Under the pieces are notes generated by a model that was given only the letters and a program-made list of their open reading frames with translations, made no database searches and was not told the DNA's origin. A stretch of 64,000 nucleotides of DNA from Isurus oxyrinchus (lineage: Eukaryota). Where the stretch lies: NCBI GenBank assembly GCA_026770705.1, contig JANJGN010000034.1, positions 7,254,001 to 7,318,000 on the forward strand, read 5' to 3'. This document shows, piece by piece, positions 24,901-39,900 of this stretch (the stretch's first letter is position 1; each line of letters begins with the position of its first letter). The position numbers and the translations under genes were made by a program.

Positions 24901-27900
24901 ATCATGTAACATCCTCTTAACTCGTTTCATCATATTTTCTATCTGAATCGTCACCCAAGGAGGGCCGCACATTTCAACTCTTCATGAGAATGAACCTAGC
25001 CTATCCATTGAGCATCTCCTTCTGGAACATGACTAGTTTTTCCTTTGCTTTTATTTTCTGCTTGCAGCTATTTCGCTCATTTACCCTGGCGAGGTCCCCT
25101 TTCATCCCATTGGTGTTAGATGTTTCTTTTCTAAGTTAGATTTTTTTAACACAAGCAGAATAACCTAAGAAGCTCTATCTGAAATGGTATTGTCAGCAGA
25201 TTTAATAGAAGACTTTAAAAGGTAACTGGGTAAATAATTCAATCGTTCGACAAAGGAGAAAGAACAGGTAAGAGGGAGCACTTCAAAAATGCAGCATTCA
25301 AGTGATAAGAAATATTCCTTAATCATTTGTGGTAATATCCCAACAATTTATTTCCTTCTCTTCCACTAACATGTCCTCTTAATCTGCTTTTAACAGAAGA
25401 AAAACTACGACAGAAACAGAAAGGTAACAGGTCACACTTTAATGCATTGTGGCCAGTTAATTTATCGGAATCCCAAGATAGCCACTGTCATATTCCCTCT
25501 ATGACACTTGGTCTAAGTGTCGATAGGTTGGTTTGAATATGTTTGCTCTCAGAGATTTTACAGATCTCTGCATTCTTGAGTGTCTGATCTTATCTGCATT
25601 GTGTTTTTTTTTTTCATCTGCTTCTGATATATGATTGAAAGTTATGCTAGTGCTGTTAGTTGAACAGAAAGAGGAGGCTTCATAAACATTGAGATGGATT
25701 AAATGAGCTGAATGGCCGTTCCTCAATGCTGCAAATTATTTCTAATGCTATGATTCCAGCTGATCATTTAACGACTCGCCCATTGAAGACATGTGCATGT
25801 TTTACAGCCTGCTGGAATTTTATGCATTTATTTGATTCAAAGCAAGGCGTTAGAAAATCTCCCTTCCACCGTTATAGTCCACCTATACAGTAATGTTCAG
25901 GGCATCTATCAAAAGTGGTGCTGGAAATAAACCTATAGTCACCAATTGCAAGTAAAAATCTCTTGCTAATTCAAAGGAAAATATTTAAAACAGAGATATT
26001 ACCGGGAACTTGTTGAGCAATTTGCCAAACGTGATGGTTCTTACAGATCCATACTTTTCAATGCCTAAATATATCCTCGGAAAAACATAGATTTCGGTGC
26101 CTAACCTAATATTATAAAAGCAAGGCGATTTTTTTTCTTGAACTTGCAACTCCATTAGATGAAGGGTGTGATCACGCAATAAATGGTAAGGATGAGATTT
26201 ACGATTCCATGGAGCAGATCATTTTAACCATTAGAGAAGTTTGGATAGGCAGGGGTTGCGGGGGTAACAGGTTTAATTGAGATGTATAAATCAGTGAGGA
26301 ATGTGGACAGAGCGGACTATGCTATGTCACTTTCCACAAAGGAATCTGAGTTGCTCTGGCAACATGCACTTTTACTCGCATTCTATAGTCCAGAACTATG
26401 GATGGTGATAGCAGAGGTTCCAGCTTTCCTTGCTTTGCATGGCTGATCCTGGGCCTCTCTGGCTTGCATTGCTTGGCATTGGTGTGTGTTGGAAAGATTT
26501 GGAGTTTTATGCTCAACCTGTTTGGCCGTGTTGGGCTCGCTTTTTGCTTGTGCATTAAGTTCTGGGGCACGACTCAAAAACGCAATTGCAATCGCTGATG
26601 CGGGTTCACTGACCTATGCACCACAAGACCTCCATGTGACAAAGTGGAGAGGTTGGACGTGTTTCTAGTAGCAAGGAAACCAATAGCACTGCGAGTTCAG
26701 TTCAAATACTTAGCAAAATGATAATAGGAAATTGCAAGCGTTTTCTTTCATCTAGATTGTGGTTGGAGCCGTTAAGCACAACCTGTAGACAGAGCAACGG
26801 CAGGACAGCTCTCACAATTAAAAATGTATAATTTATGTTTTCATAGTAAAAAACACGTTTTTAATTAGTTGCACAGCAAGTACCTCCGCCATGTTAACAT
26901 TGTTTATTACCCAATTTTCAGAAATGGACAGCCTGAAAGGATTTCTTGCTCAATGTGGTAAGAACAAGATATTTGGCTTACATGTCGTTGTTATTAGCTG
27001 AACATAACTGTGCTGAGAGCATAAACACACGCACAAAAATATTTGTTCCTTTTTTCCATCTTAAGCAAGGAACTACAAATAATAATAGTAAAGCTATTCA
27101 CTTGGAACGTTCATTGAGATTGTGGGAGGAATGCCTTCGGCCAAAGAGTGTTTGCAATGTGCATCTCACTTTCAACTAGGGGCAATAGAAATGAAAAGCA
27201 TAGCTAGATTTTTCGCAAAGATGTACACAAGGGGAAAAAAGCGCAGGAAATTGTGCATACAGCTTAGGATGCAGTAGAGGTGGCTTGATCTAAGCTTTTA
27301 TGATCCTGAGCAGTCATGACTTAGCAAATGTGGAGACTCTGTTTCCTTTTGTGGGAGAGTCTGGAACTAAGAGTCATTGATTAAAAATATAAGGTCGTTC
27401 AATTAAGACAGAGATGAATGTTTTTTTCCCCAAAGAGTCGTGAGTATTTGGAACTCTCTTCCTCAAAAGGATGTGGAAGCAGAGTCCTTGAAATTTTCAA
27501 GGCAAATCTAGATAGAATCTTGATTACGAAGAGCTGAAAGGTTATCGGGAGTAGGCTGCAAAGTGGGGCTGATGTCACAATCAGATCATTCTTGATCGTA
27601 ATGAATGATGGAGCAGGCTGGAACGGACAAGTAGCCTTCTTCTGCTCCAAATTTGTACATTCAAATGTTCCTATGCTGCATCATTGATAAGATCAACGGA
27701 ATAGCACCCACTGTCACCTGGGTCAGAGAATTCCAAAGGTACACAATTTTCTGAGGAATACTCCTCATCTCCTCAACAACTTCCTCCTTATCTCAGTGAT
27801 ATATCTGCCGGCCCTTATTCAGAGACTGTGAGATCTACTTTTAGACGACGTGGCCCTGGAAATGATCCTTAAAGCATTTACCTTGCAGATCCAGTTAAGA

Positions 27901-30900
27901 AATATATATTGCTGAATGAGTTCACCTCTAATGTTTCTAAATTACAGGAACATAGACACTGTCTACAGAACCACATAGGAATATTCCTTTATTCCATGAA
28001 TCATTCCAATAAACTTTTGTTGCACTCCCTCCAAGGTAAGTATGTTATTTGTTGGGTAGGAAAAACATGCAGATTAGGCCATGTGTGGTTACACCTATAA
28101 GGATTCAGACTGATTAAGTAATAATCTGAAAATATGGACACCATTTTTATAAAATTAAGTCTGAAGCACAATTTCATATTCCAATTGCCTGCATGGTAAA
28201 ATTGTGTGAATCATCTAAAGGGCAATACAGATTTCTGTGGATTCTCTGAATTTTCGGGTTTTCCATTTGCCCATTCAACGTGAATAGCCCTTTTGTCAAC
28301 ATCAGCAAAATGTTTCCATTGCTATAATCTTCTTATCGCAATAGTATTTGTTCCGTACTATCTACTATACAATAGTTGTGATGTCCAGTTCAACTAGGAA
28401 TAGTTAATGTATGCCCCTGTGCAGTGGTTGCCATGCCCGAATTAATAATGAACTATAATGTTATTACCTTCAGTCATCCTCATGATTCTCACATCTACGT
28501 AAGATGGACATTAGGGTCGGGTTAGCTTCATATGGTGCTTTTTCTTTTCCTGGAGGAAAAGCCCCATCCGTGAGACGCAGCTTCTGTCACAAGTGCCAGA
28601 TAAGAATTGGTTATCAGATGTCGCCCTATCTGGCTGCTTTCACTGTTGTCTCCTGCTGCTAAGCAACAGTCGATTCAGATTGTCATGGGTGTTGCACTCA
28701 GACAGAGAGGTGATATCATTTCCTTCCTTCACCTCCGAGGTATGAAAATAAAAGTTTAGGACCGTAGTTTCATGCTGGCAAGCATCCTTGGCCTTGCACC
28801 TCTGGCTAAATCACCACGCAGAAAATCCTTTGTTATGTGCCTGTATCCCATGCTCAAAATGGACCCGAACCAGCAAAGTCAACTCTGTCTAATGCGTGCG
28901 AACATGTGTATCAGATATCCTGTTCAGTTGTGCTTATTAAAGTTAAGTGCAATTATGCCACCAATTTTAGAGTGTCAAAAGCCCTCAAATGTGTTACAGT
29001 CAAAGAGACAAATGCTGCAAAAATTCACCAGAGGCTACAACATCTGTGGAAAAAGGAACAGAGTTGACCTTACGAGACCATATAATTCTTCCTCAGGGCT
29101 AGAGGGCAGTAGAAATGTGGCGAATAGTTTTCTGTTCAAAGGCTGTGGAATTGGATAGAAGACCAGCTACAGGTGGGGGACAAGGACAGGTTCACCATGA
29201 TGTCATGAACAAAACGTGAAGTTAATGGTAGTGGCACAGGCTAAGACAGGTGCTGATAGTGGCATTAAAGTAAGAAAGCAGAATGTCATAATGGCAGGTC
29301 AAGGTTAAACACTCAGAAAAGAACAGCATGAACAAGTAACAGGTGCCTCTTGTAGGGGTGGGGTGGTGTGATTGCGGCGTTTATAGGGGGTAGGGAAAGA
29401 GATCGAAAATATTATGAAATGGAGGATTATAAAGGGGGATATAACAATGAATAGATGAAGGAAAATAAAAATAAATAAAAATAAAAATAATTAGTTAAAA
29501 AATAAAATTGAAATTTGAAAAATGATTTTAAAAATTAGGTTGCACATAGAGGAGTGAGTTCATGGTTTGAAGTTGTTGAACTCAATATTCAGTCCAGAAC
29601 GCTGTAAAGTGGGTAAACAGGGGATGAGGTGCTGTTCCTCCGGTTTGCATTGGTCTTCACTGGAACATTGCAGCAGGTCAAGGATGGACATGAGGGTATG
29701 GGAGCAGAATGGTGTGTTGAAATGGCAAGCGCCAGGAAGGTATCAGTTATGCTTTCAGACAGACCGAAGGTGTTTTGTAAGGTGGTCACCCAGTCTGTGT
29801 CTGGTCTCTCCAATGTAGAGAAGGCCACATTGGGAGCAGTGAATGCAATAGGCCAAATTGAAGGAGGTGCAAGTGAAGCGGTGCATCACCTGAAATGAGT
29901 GTGTGTTCCCTTGAAAGGTGAAGAGGGAGGATGTAAAGGGGCTGGTGTTGAATCTTCTGCGATTGCACGGGAATTTGGTGTGGCAAGGGGGTGAACTGTT
30001 GTGGGTAATGGAGGTGTCGACCAGGGTGTCCCGGAAGGAATGAACCCTACGGAATGCTGAGAGTATGAGTGAGGGGAAGAAGTGTTTGGTGTTGGTATTA
30101 TGCTGGGCTTGGTGAAAATGGTGGAGGAAGCAGCTTTGAATGTGGAGGTTGGTGGGGTGAAAATGAGGACAAGAGGGGCCCTACCACGGTTCTTGGAGGG
30201 GGAGGAGCGTGTGAGGGAAGGGCACAGGAGATGGGATTGACTCATTTGAGTGCCCTGTAATTCACACTGGGTAGACGACCTCTGCTAAGGGAGAAGGGAG
30301 ACATGTCAGAAGTGCTGTTTTGGAAAGTCATATCATCATAACGGATGTAACGGAGGTGAAGGAACTGAGAGAATGTGTTGAATTCCTTACAGTAAGCAGG
30401 GTGTGAGGAGCTATAGGCAAGGTAGCTGTGGAAATCGCTGATTTTGTAATGAATATTGGTGGATAACCTATCACCAGAAAGGGAGACTGAGAAGTCAAGG
30501 AAGGGGATGGGAGTGTCAGTGATGGACCATCTGAAGGTGATAGAGAGGTGAAAATTTAAAGCAAAATTGATATCTTTTCCCGGCCCAGACGGGACCATGA
30601 AGTGGCACCGAAACAGTCAGCAATGCACCGAAAGAAGAGATTTGGGAGGGGCCTGAGTAAAATTGGAACAAGGAGTGCTCTATATACCCTTCAAAGGGAG
30701 AGGGTGAAGAGCCCTGGAATTAATGACTTGATATTCGGTGGTGGGGTCATGGTCCAGCGGGAGCTAGGTAGATGGGGCACATGTGGGTACCCATAGTCAC
30801 ACCTTTTATTTGGAAGTAGTGAACCAAGTTAAAAGAGAAATTGTTCAGTGGGGAATTAGTTCAGCCAGACGAAGGAGAATGGAGTTGGATGGGAATTTCT

Positions 30901-33900
30901 TGAGCCCCTGTTCAAGCGAGAAGTGGAGAGCCTTCAGACCATCCTGGTGGTGGACGACGTGAAGAGGCTTTGGACCTCCATGGTGAAGATGAGATGTTAG
31001 GGCCAGGGAAGAAGAAACTGTTAAATGACGTTGGGCATCAGAGCAATCACAGATGTAGGTGGGAATAGACTGGACAAGGGGAGAGAGATCTGAGTCATCG
31101 TAGGAAGAAATGAGATCCATCGGTCACGAACAAGATGACACTATCAGTCCACCAGGATAGTCCTGTTTGTGGATTTGGGGAAGGAGGTAGAACCAGGCTG
31201 TCCTTGGTTGCCATGCGATGAAGTTGGAAGCTGTAGAGGGAAGACATCCAGAGGAGATGAGATCAGTGACAGTCCTGGAAACAATGGCTTGATTTTCGGT
31301 GGTGGGGTCATGGTCCAGAGAGAGGTAGAAAGATGTGTCTGAGAATTCGCTTTCAGTCCCTGCAATGTAGAAGTCCGTATGCCAGACAACAACAGCACGA
31401 CCCTTGTTGGCACGTTTGATACCAGCGTCAGGGTTTTACCTAAGGGAGAAAAGTGCACCAAGTTCAGAAGGAGACAGATTAGTGTAGGTGAGAAGAGCAG
31501 AGAAATTGAGATGGCCAATGTCACGCCAGCAGCTCTCAATGAAAAGATCAAGGGCAGGTAAGAGGTCAGAGGGAGAGGTCCAGGTGGTGGGAAAATAGTG
31601 GAGGCAGGAGAAGGATCCGTAGAAAGAATGGCAGGGAACCCCTGTCAAAAGGAGGAGGCGAAGGTGGCGGAAGAAGAGCTTGCTATCATTTTGAGCCCGA
31701 AATTCATTGAGGTGAGAACAAAAGGCTACGAAACCGACTCATTTGCTGTGTACTGAACTCTCAGCATCAGAGAGCAGCAGGTCAGAGTGTATGGTAAATA
31801 CATATCAAGGCCTGGGATTAGAAGATGGGATGGGGTCAGAGGGACTGGAAGGGGTGGAGGGGCCTGGATGGGCGTTGGTATCAGTAGGTTGTTGGAGCTT
31901 GCGTTCCTTAGCATTTGAAAGGAAGGGGAAAAGTTTATTGTTAAGGTGTCGGATGAGACGAAGAATAAAATGAAACTGGCGACAAGGCCAGTTTTGAGAT
32001 TGCATGAATGAGCGCTGCTGAAAAGCGAGTCCAAGTGTGTTAATATGATGGAGCATGGCACTGAGAGTGGATATCAGGAAGTGGCAAGTGCAGCAGCCCA
32101 AGGAACACTGCATATTCCAGAGACACATACATTCCTGGATATATTCAAAACATGAGGGCTGGAACTTCATGTGGAATCCGCCTGGAGTAATTCAGAGATG
32201 GAGGCAGTCGCTGAGAATTGAGATATAGCTATAAATGCGAGCTTTTGTTAACACCTTGTCAAACACCTGGAGGGAAATTGAAAGCAATGAAGGTGAACAG
32301 GGCAAAAGAGAAATACTGAGATCCTGTCGGAGAGAAGAGCAGTATTTCTTCAAGGCAGGCATTACTGGAACAGAATTGGCAGTGAATTGAGCACTGAGAT
32401 CAAATCAAAATAGTGTGGTTGCTGAAAATCTGAAGAAAAAAAACAGAAAATGCTGGGAAAACATTCGGCAGGTCTGACAGCATCTTTGGAGAGAGAAGCA
32501 GAGTTAACATTTCGAGTCTGTTTGACTCTTCTTCAGAGCTACATAGAAGTGCAAATGTGATTACATTTATACTGCTCAACAGGAGTTGGGGCAGATGAAT
32601 CTAGAAAGATGGCCAGAGATAGATGGGGACAAACGAGTGATTGACAAATATGTCATGAACAAAAGGACAAATTGAGTGTTATTGGGAGTGGTAAGGGCTA
32701 AAGACCGGTGCTGGTAGTGGCATTGAGATAAGAAAGTAGAATGTGATAATATCAGGACAAAAGTGAGCACTCTGGAAAGATCAACATGCACAAGTAACAG
32801 ATGGCCCTTGAGGAGATAGTGTGGGTGGAGGGGGCAGTGGAGAGGAAAAGGGTGTCGAAAATGGGATAAACAGATGGGATAAAAAGAGGTCCTAAGAAAT
32901 GAATAAATTAATGAAAATAACAATGAAAAAAGAAAATAAGTGGATAAATATAAAAATGAATTTTGAAATAATGGATAATAAGGGCTGTCAAAGAAGTTTA
33001 ATTTCTTTCACAATATCTCTCTTTTAATGTTGGAAACGCATCAGCCAATTAGTGTGCAGCATGTACTGTGACTGTCCATCTGGAGTATGCACTTCTGTCA
33101 TTCACATAACTATTTTGATTATTATTATTAATAAGATTAATATTATTACTATCATTATTATTATTATTGATGTTAATATTCGCTTATTGGAAAGTAGAAA
33201 AATCATTGCAATCTTCCTAAGATCAAATCAAATTCCAATGGTTAGTGTCCAGCATGAATTATTATCAATTTTAATAATATTCATATAGATGAGATGATCA
33301 ATTATGTTATTCTATCTTTACTATTTCTATTACGTTGCGGATGTTATGTAACAATCATCCATTAACGAATTTTTGAGCTTTCAATAAATGTGTTACTTGC
33401 AGTAGCATAGTATTACTCATGACAGAGTCATTATTATTGGTATCATTGTTACTAAGATGCCATTCTCATTTATTGATAGAGGCAAATCTCAAGGAGAAAT
33501 CGAAAGGTATTGACAACAACGTCACAACTTTAAGCAGGACGTTTATTTTGGTGGTGGACTCCGCCATGTCAAAGCTTAAAATGATTTCATCGTCTTCTGT
33601 GGGTTCCCTTGTTGCAGAAGGGGACAGAATTGACATCTAGAGAACTTGCAATCCAAGCTGTTGTTGATACTTGAATGACCTTTCATATTTGTCATCTGTG
33701 CCTGTCAGTCGTTGTGAGGTTGCAGTAAATGAACTTTGCCAGGTCATATTTAACACTATATAAGGTCACCCCAGATATTTTGCAAATATGTTCGTTCATT
33801 TTTAACCCTTTACTATGATAGTTCACTGTTGAAGTTCGGCACTATGAGGAATTGTGGAAATGTCGTGGACATTTTTTCAGTCCTTGCGCTGTTTATGTTT

Positions 33901-36900
33901 GGGATGAATCCGGCTTTCACTTGCTGGGATGTAAAAGTCCATCTGTGACCGTCTACTAGAAATGGTACTACAATTTTGAATGACATGTGTGACCACACCT
34001 AGAATTCTGTATGTGGTATTGATCTTCATATATAGGGAGGATGCGTTGAATAAAAGAAGATTAACTACATTGGCTCCTGGGATGAGCGGGTTGCAATATG
34101 ATAAAACTCTTAGTAAATTGTGCCTGTACTGTCTGGCCAATCATTTAATGATGTGAAGAGGATACGTGCCTTCAGGCACAGGGTTGTGAATCTGGAGTTT
34201 TCTTTCATTGAGATTTGCAGGAGTCCAAATATTGATGACAGTTAAAAGGGATGGGCTGAATTTTGATCACGGAAAGACCCAACGGGTATGGGGAGCAGAT
34301 TGAGAAATGGAGTTCAGGCTTTATGGTACTGAATGGCATCGCAGCCCCAGGTATGATCCCCTCCTGCTCCGAATCCGTGTGCTAGAACTTGCGCTTGGCA
34401 TTGTCTCTATTTAAACATTGTGTACATAAATGGATTGTGAGTGAGTTACACTCGGGACTTCTTCAATCTCTGTTCACATGGACTGCCATTTGGAGCTATG
34501 TAATCTTGTGTGAGATAGCCTCAGACCCAGAAAATCTCCACTTACCGATATATGAGGATAGATATGCCGAACATGACCAAGTGATCCATCAAGCTCATCA
34601 AACACTGAGGATGATTGGAGAATCATAACTAGACACGTCCTCGTCAGCTCCCTCCCTCATATAATATATTGGAATCGACACATATTCTGAACATAAAGCA
34701 CGGAATATAAGCGAAAATCATTTTTCTCTGATTCTTTTAAAGATCAGAAGCATACCAGGAGCTCAACCTAAACGTGTGTTAGCCAAAAAGGAAACTTGCT
34801 GTACTTCAATGTATAGAAAATGCTACTTGACAGTTTCGCACTGCATTTACAGTCTAACATCTGTACTTGAATCCCATGAATTTTGGCAACTGAAATATTG
34901 CAAGATGTGCTTAACTGATCTAAACACTTCAAAAACAAACACACTAACTCACATAGCCTGGATGAGAGCACTCGCAGCCTTCAGTAAAAATCGATGCATT
35001 AACATTGAGCGTTTCCTATGTTTGAATCCTCTTCAACACTCCAACACACATTTTCGAGATCTCTTGTGTTGTGATTTAATCATCGCCAACTTTAACCGTT
35101 CCAAGGTTGGATGCCATGCCTTCAGTCCTCTGTAATATCAACTCTATAATTCGCGCCCTAATTCCCCTGTTTTCTCACTCCCACGAAGAAGATTCTTAAG
35201 TCAAGGTTTTGATCGCAAGCTCTAATATGTGATTTATGTTTATTATAATGAGCAGTTGCTACTCCCTCAGCGCGATAATATTTAATATATTGTGGGATTA
35301 TGTGGCCTCAGAAAACATCATTTTGCTCCACAATAATTGGTTTCCAACGTCTTTCCTCCCCAGAAATAGAAACATTGAAAGGTCAACTGTCAGATGCAGG
35401 TGAGTGCAACATATGGCATACATGCTATTGTTTTACCTGTCAGGCCCCCATGCATCAACCAAGTGTTATTTTCTCTATCTCCCACCAGCACCAAGCCCAC
35501 CTCGCCCTCCCCCCCACCCCCCCCCCACCCCCCACCTTCCGTTAAATTTACCATCCACTTTGAGCCATAAGGAGGAACTTTTGTTATATTTACTGATCAA
35601 AGAACTGCAGCACACTGTTCATGTTTGAAATCTCAAGGAAAGCAGACAATTCTGGCAAATCTTCGCAGATTATTCTTTTTTTTCTGGGGAGGGGGAGTGA
35701 AAAAATATTTAGTTTTGTGCCCTTTTATCAAGACTAGAAGAGGTTAGAGATTAACCATTTTATAAGTAAGGACAGCGGAAGAGAAAATGCAGAAGGGAGA
35801 AAGGATGGTTAAAAAGTTTTGTGAAAGGGTGAAGGACAAATCTGATTTTTGGACAAGGGATTATAGAACGAGGCGAAATGCAACAGTAATAAGAAAAGCC
35901 AAGATGGTTTAAGTGATTTGTTAATGCTTGCTTCTGCACCTTTCCCAGCACCTGCTGTCAGGGGAATTATTTGAGGTGTTTGTGATTTTATGTCATTTAA
36001 CTGAATATTGAATCCTGAAGGCAGTAACGTGTCAAGTCGAATGATGAGGAGGAAAATCTTCAAGGTTGCGCTGAATTTCTTTGGAACAATGTAGGATGCT
36101 GGGAACAAAATAGAGGTTTTGGATGAAAAAGCAATGGCGAACTAACTGAAGCGGAGTACGTCTCTTTCTTTATAGAGAATATCTCTTGTTTCCTGATAGA
36201 TAGACCAAATAGGTGTTAAGAAACTCGCCGCTCTTTATACTCACCCATTATATTTGGTGGCGCCAATTCAAGTAGCAAAGGAAGAATTCAATTTATGCAA
36301 CCCCGTTCGGGGCCTCGGTTCGATTCAGTGTTCTCTACAGCCAGTGAGGCTCTTTTGTAGGTGTAGCCATGGTTGTGGTGATAAACATGTAACAAGTAAA
36401 TTTCACACAGCAAGCTCCCCTGAAAGAAGTTTCACAATGAACAGATCATTTGTGTTGCAATGGAGCTGGTTGAGGGACAGATGTTCCTTGGTGATATTTC
36501 CACTCTCTCTCTCGTTGTGCCAATTTATCTTGCCATTGGTTTAACGTTGGGGCATTCAGCAGTGTGGCTCCCTCTAAGCACGGGTATTCCGGGAGCGTGG
36601 GTCCTATATATGGCTCCTCAAGTACCTGGGGAGAAACATGATCTCATATATTTCTTATTATAAAATGTGCATATTACTATTGTACTACTCTTCATGCTGA
36701 GCATGAAGCAGAAAGTCTGAACCCCAGACAAATTCCGAACACCAGGGCTGCTATCAAAACACATCAGACTTTATGCCTGTGGAACAATTGCAATTTATTT
36801 CAGTCAACAAATTATCACAATTGCAAATTTTCCAAATTGCACCTGATGAAATATTCATCCGTCAAACACCATAAAAATGTACCAGGTTCATGTTCCAGTT

Positions 36901-39900
36901 TGTAAAATTCGTACAACAGGTTGAAAGGCTTTCTGTGCCCAATAATATGCGTTGTTCTGTATTGTACTCTCAGCCTTGGTTAAGTTGGCAGCACTATCAC
37001 CCGTGAATCAAAACATCGTTTCTTCAAATCTTACTTAGAACCCTGGAACCATGACATGGGCTGAAACTTCATTGACGATATGAAGTACTGCTGCGCTCTG
37101 GGATAGTGCTGTCATTTAGGTGAAACAAGAAAAGGGATCTTGGGCAACCTTCTTAGCGTCTATGGAAAAGGTTTCGAGCCTGTATTTCAACTAAGTGCAT
37201 GGTTTTTCGCAGTACAAAATACTTTCCTCAAATAATTTGACTAAAATAAATTTTAAAAAGCAGAGGAACTGTCGGTTATTTCTTTGCTTATTGTTAGAGC
37301 TGGTAGCACAGAAACCTGCACCTGTAACTTCGCTGGCCAGAGGTTCTGGGTCCCTCTATAGCGACGGAAATTGTTACATAGTTGCACCCTTATCATATTT
37401 CCTGGCATTTATATTGCTTATTCCCCCGTTCTTCTTCCTTTAGGAAAGGCTTTTAAGGATAAAGAGGCTGGTAAGTGTGTAGATACATTTCTTGCCCTTG
37501 GGTAAGTTTTATTATAGCATACATTTTCTGAATGACATCAGAGCACTTAGCTCTGCCTGATCTGGTAGCAAAAAGGTTATTTGACTGGAATCATAGAATT
37601 TACAGATCGGAAGATGTCTAACTTCAATGGATGATAGACGATGCAGCATTGTAACAAAATGGAAGTAAAGCCTGACAGGAAAAACTGCAATGAAAAGTCA
37701 GTGATCTCTAAGGAGGAGATACTTCAGTTACAGATTAGGTTCATAATAATATAGAGATTATGACATATCAAATTCGTTAGTAATGACGTAAAAGCTGCCA
37801 AATAAGTTAATGTCAGAGACGAAGTGAGGAAGAAATAAAAGTTGTAAAAGGAAGAATGTGAGATTATAATGAAATTTAAAAGGGAAGACAACCCCAAAAA
37901 AAGTACTGGTCTGTGAATTGTAAGCAGATGTAACAGCGTAACAGCTGGTGTGAGGCAAAGAGGGTGGCACATGCTAGAATGGGCATTTTATATAGGGTCA
38001 TATGAAGGATAAGAATGTTGACAAAATATTGCTTTAAGTCGATGTGGTAAAGTTAATGTACACGGCTTTAACTGATAGGCAAGGTGTGCTCTAATGTCTG
38101 ATGATAGCTAGAGTAAGTCCGTCGTCTGCTCTCGAGGGCTTGCCTTGCAGGTTGAAAAGGAAAGCGTGGTGAAAATAGCGGAAGCTATTCCATATCTTCC
38201 AATGTTGCCAATAAACTGGAGAGGTGCAACTGGGTTGCAGATTGAAAGACTAGAAGAATGTGCTTGAGAGTAATCCTATAGACTACAGGCTGAGCTATTT
38301 AACATAGGTTTTGACTAAGGTCTTAGAAACAAAATTCTGAGCAAATGAACACGTAATTGCAGAGTTTTGGATTAGGTAAGGAGAACAAGCACGGATTTGG
38401 AAAAGCCAGGTTGTGTGTGACAAATCTCATAGGATCATAGAATGGCTACAGCAAAGCAAGAGCCCTTCCAGTCCATTGTGTCAGTGCCGGATATTTGCAA
38501 GAGAAACTCACTTGGCCGCACCCAATTGCCTTTCCTCCCGTACCACTGAAGACGTCTCCCTCATATAAAAATTTAATTCACTTTGAAGGCCACCTTTGAA
38601 TCTGCCTCCATCACATTGTCAGATAGTGCAATCCAAACCCTGAGCTCTCGCTTCCCAACAAAAAAGCCTCATGTTGCATTTGTTTCCTTTCCAATTCACC
38701 ATAAATTAGTGCCCATGGTTCTCCATCTTTCCACAAAAGGGAACATTGTTTCCCTATCTACATGGTCCAAGCCCCACAGGCAGAACTCTATTAAATAAGT
38801 TGTCAACCTTTTCTTCGCAAACGAGGGCAGCTCATCTATTTTATCCGATAAATACATCCCTCTTACATGCAACCTTTCAATTAAATCATTTCATGCTCCG
38901 CCCACACCCCCCATAACGTCTAAAATGTGGTGACCGGAAATGGACTCAATTCTCCACTTGAGGTCAAACCGGTGTTCTATATATTTTCACGGGAACTTCC
39001 TTGCTTTTACGATCTATGCCTCAATATTAAAGCCCAGATTATATTATGCCTTATGAAATCAAGGCGTTCTGCATACTTAGGGCTTGTGCACATGTAAACC
39101 CAGGGCCCATTGCTCCTGTACAGCTTTTCACCTCTACCCTTTATTTGAGTTTGTTTCTCCTCGCTCACATCACACCACACTGCTCTACACTGAATTTCTT
39201 CAATGACGAATCCACAGATGTTGCTACCTTATGTCCCAGTGGAAACTGCACAAAGCTTCATCGCATGTCAAAATGCTTCCAAGTTTCATGGCATCTATAT
39301 TTTTTGTATGAGATTTCGTTTTGCACAACAAGCCATTAACCTAGGTCAAAGCAAAAGTTGGCCCTAATACACTTCACAGCTCCTCTGAATACCTTCCCTT
39401 ATCTGAAAAAAATACATTGATCGTGACTTTCTGTTTCCTGTCACTCACCCAGCACCTATCTGTGCTGACACTGATCCTTTTATTGCAGGCCATTCACTTG
39501 TGCTGAAAAGTCCGTTAACTACTTTACCAAACAAGTTTTGGAAATCTGGGTACATGACGTCAATGCCAATGTCGCCATCAAGTCTCTCTTTCTTATCTCG
39601 TCTACAAAGGTCAATAAAATAAGTTAAATATGATTTGCTCTTCAATATTCGTGCTATCTTTCGTTAATTATTCTGTATTTTTCCAAAAGTCGTCACCTTG
39701 TCCAGAATTATCGTTGCTCATATCTTCCCCAACAGCGTGAAAAGCTGGCTGCCCATCGTTGTTGTCCTAACTTTCGACACTTTCTTTTGAACAATGGTTG
39801 AACATTTGCAATTCTCCAGTCCTTGGTTTATAATAAATAGGGGCAATTATTCCCAGTGTCAGCAAAATACCCTCTCATACCGCCCTTCATTTCCTCAGAC

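Noticed and set aside
28772-29158. 128-aa and 76-aa plus-strand ORFs
   Set aside because: No recognisable domain; they run into the Penelope terminal repeat and are likely chance ORFs.
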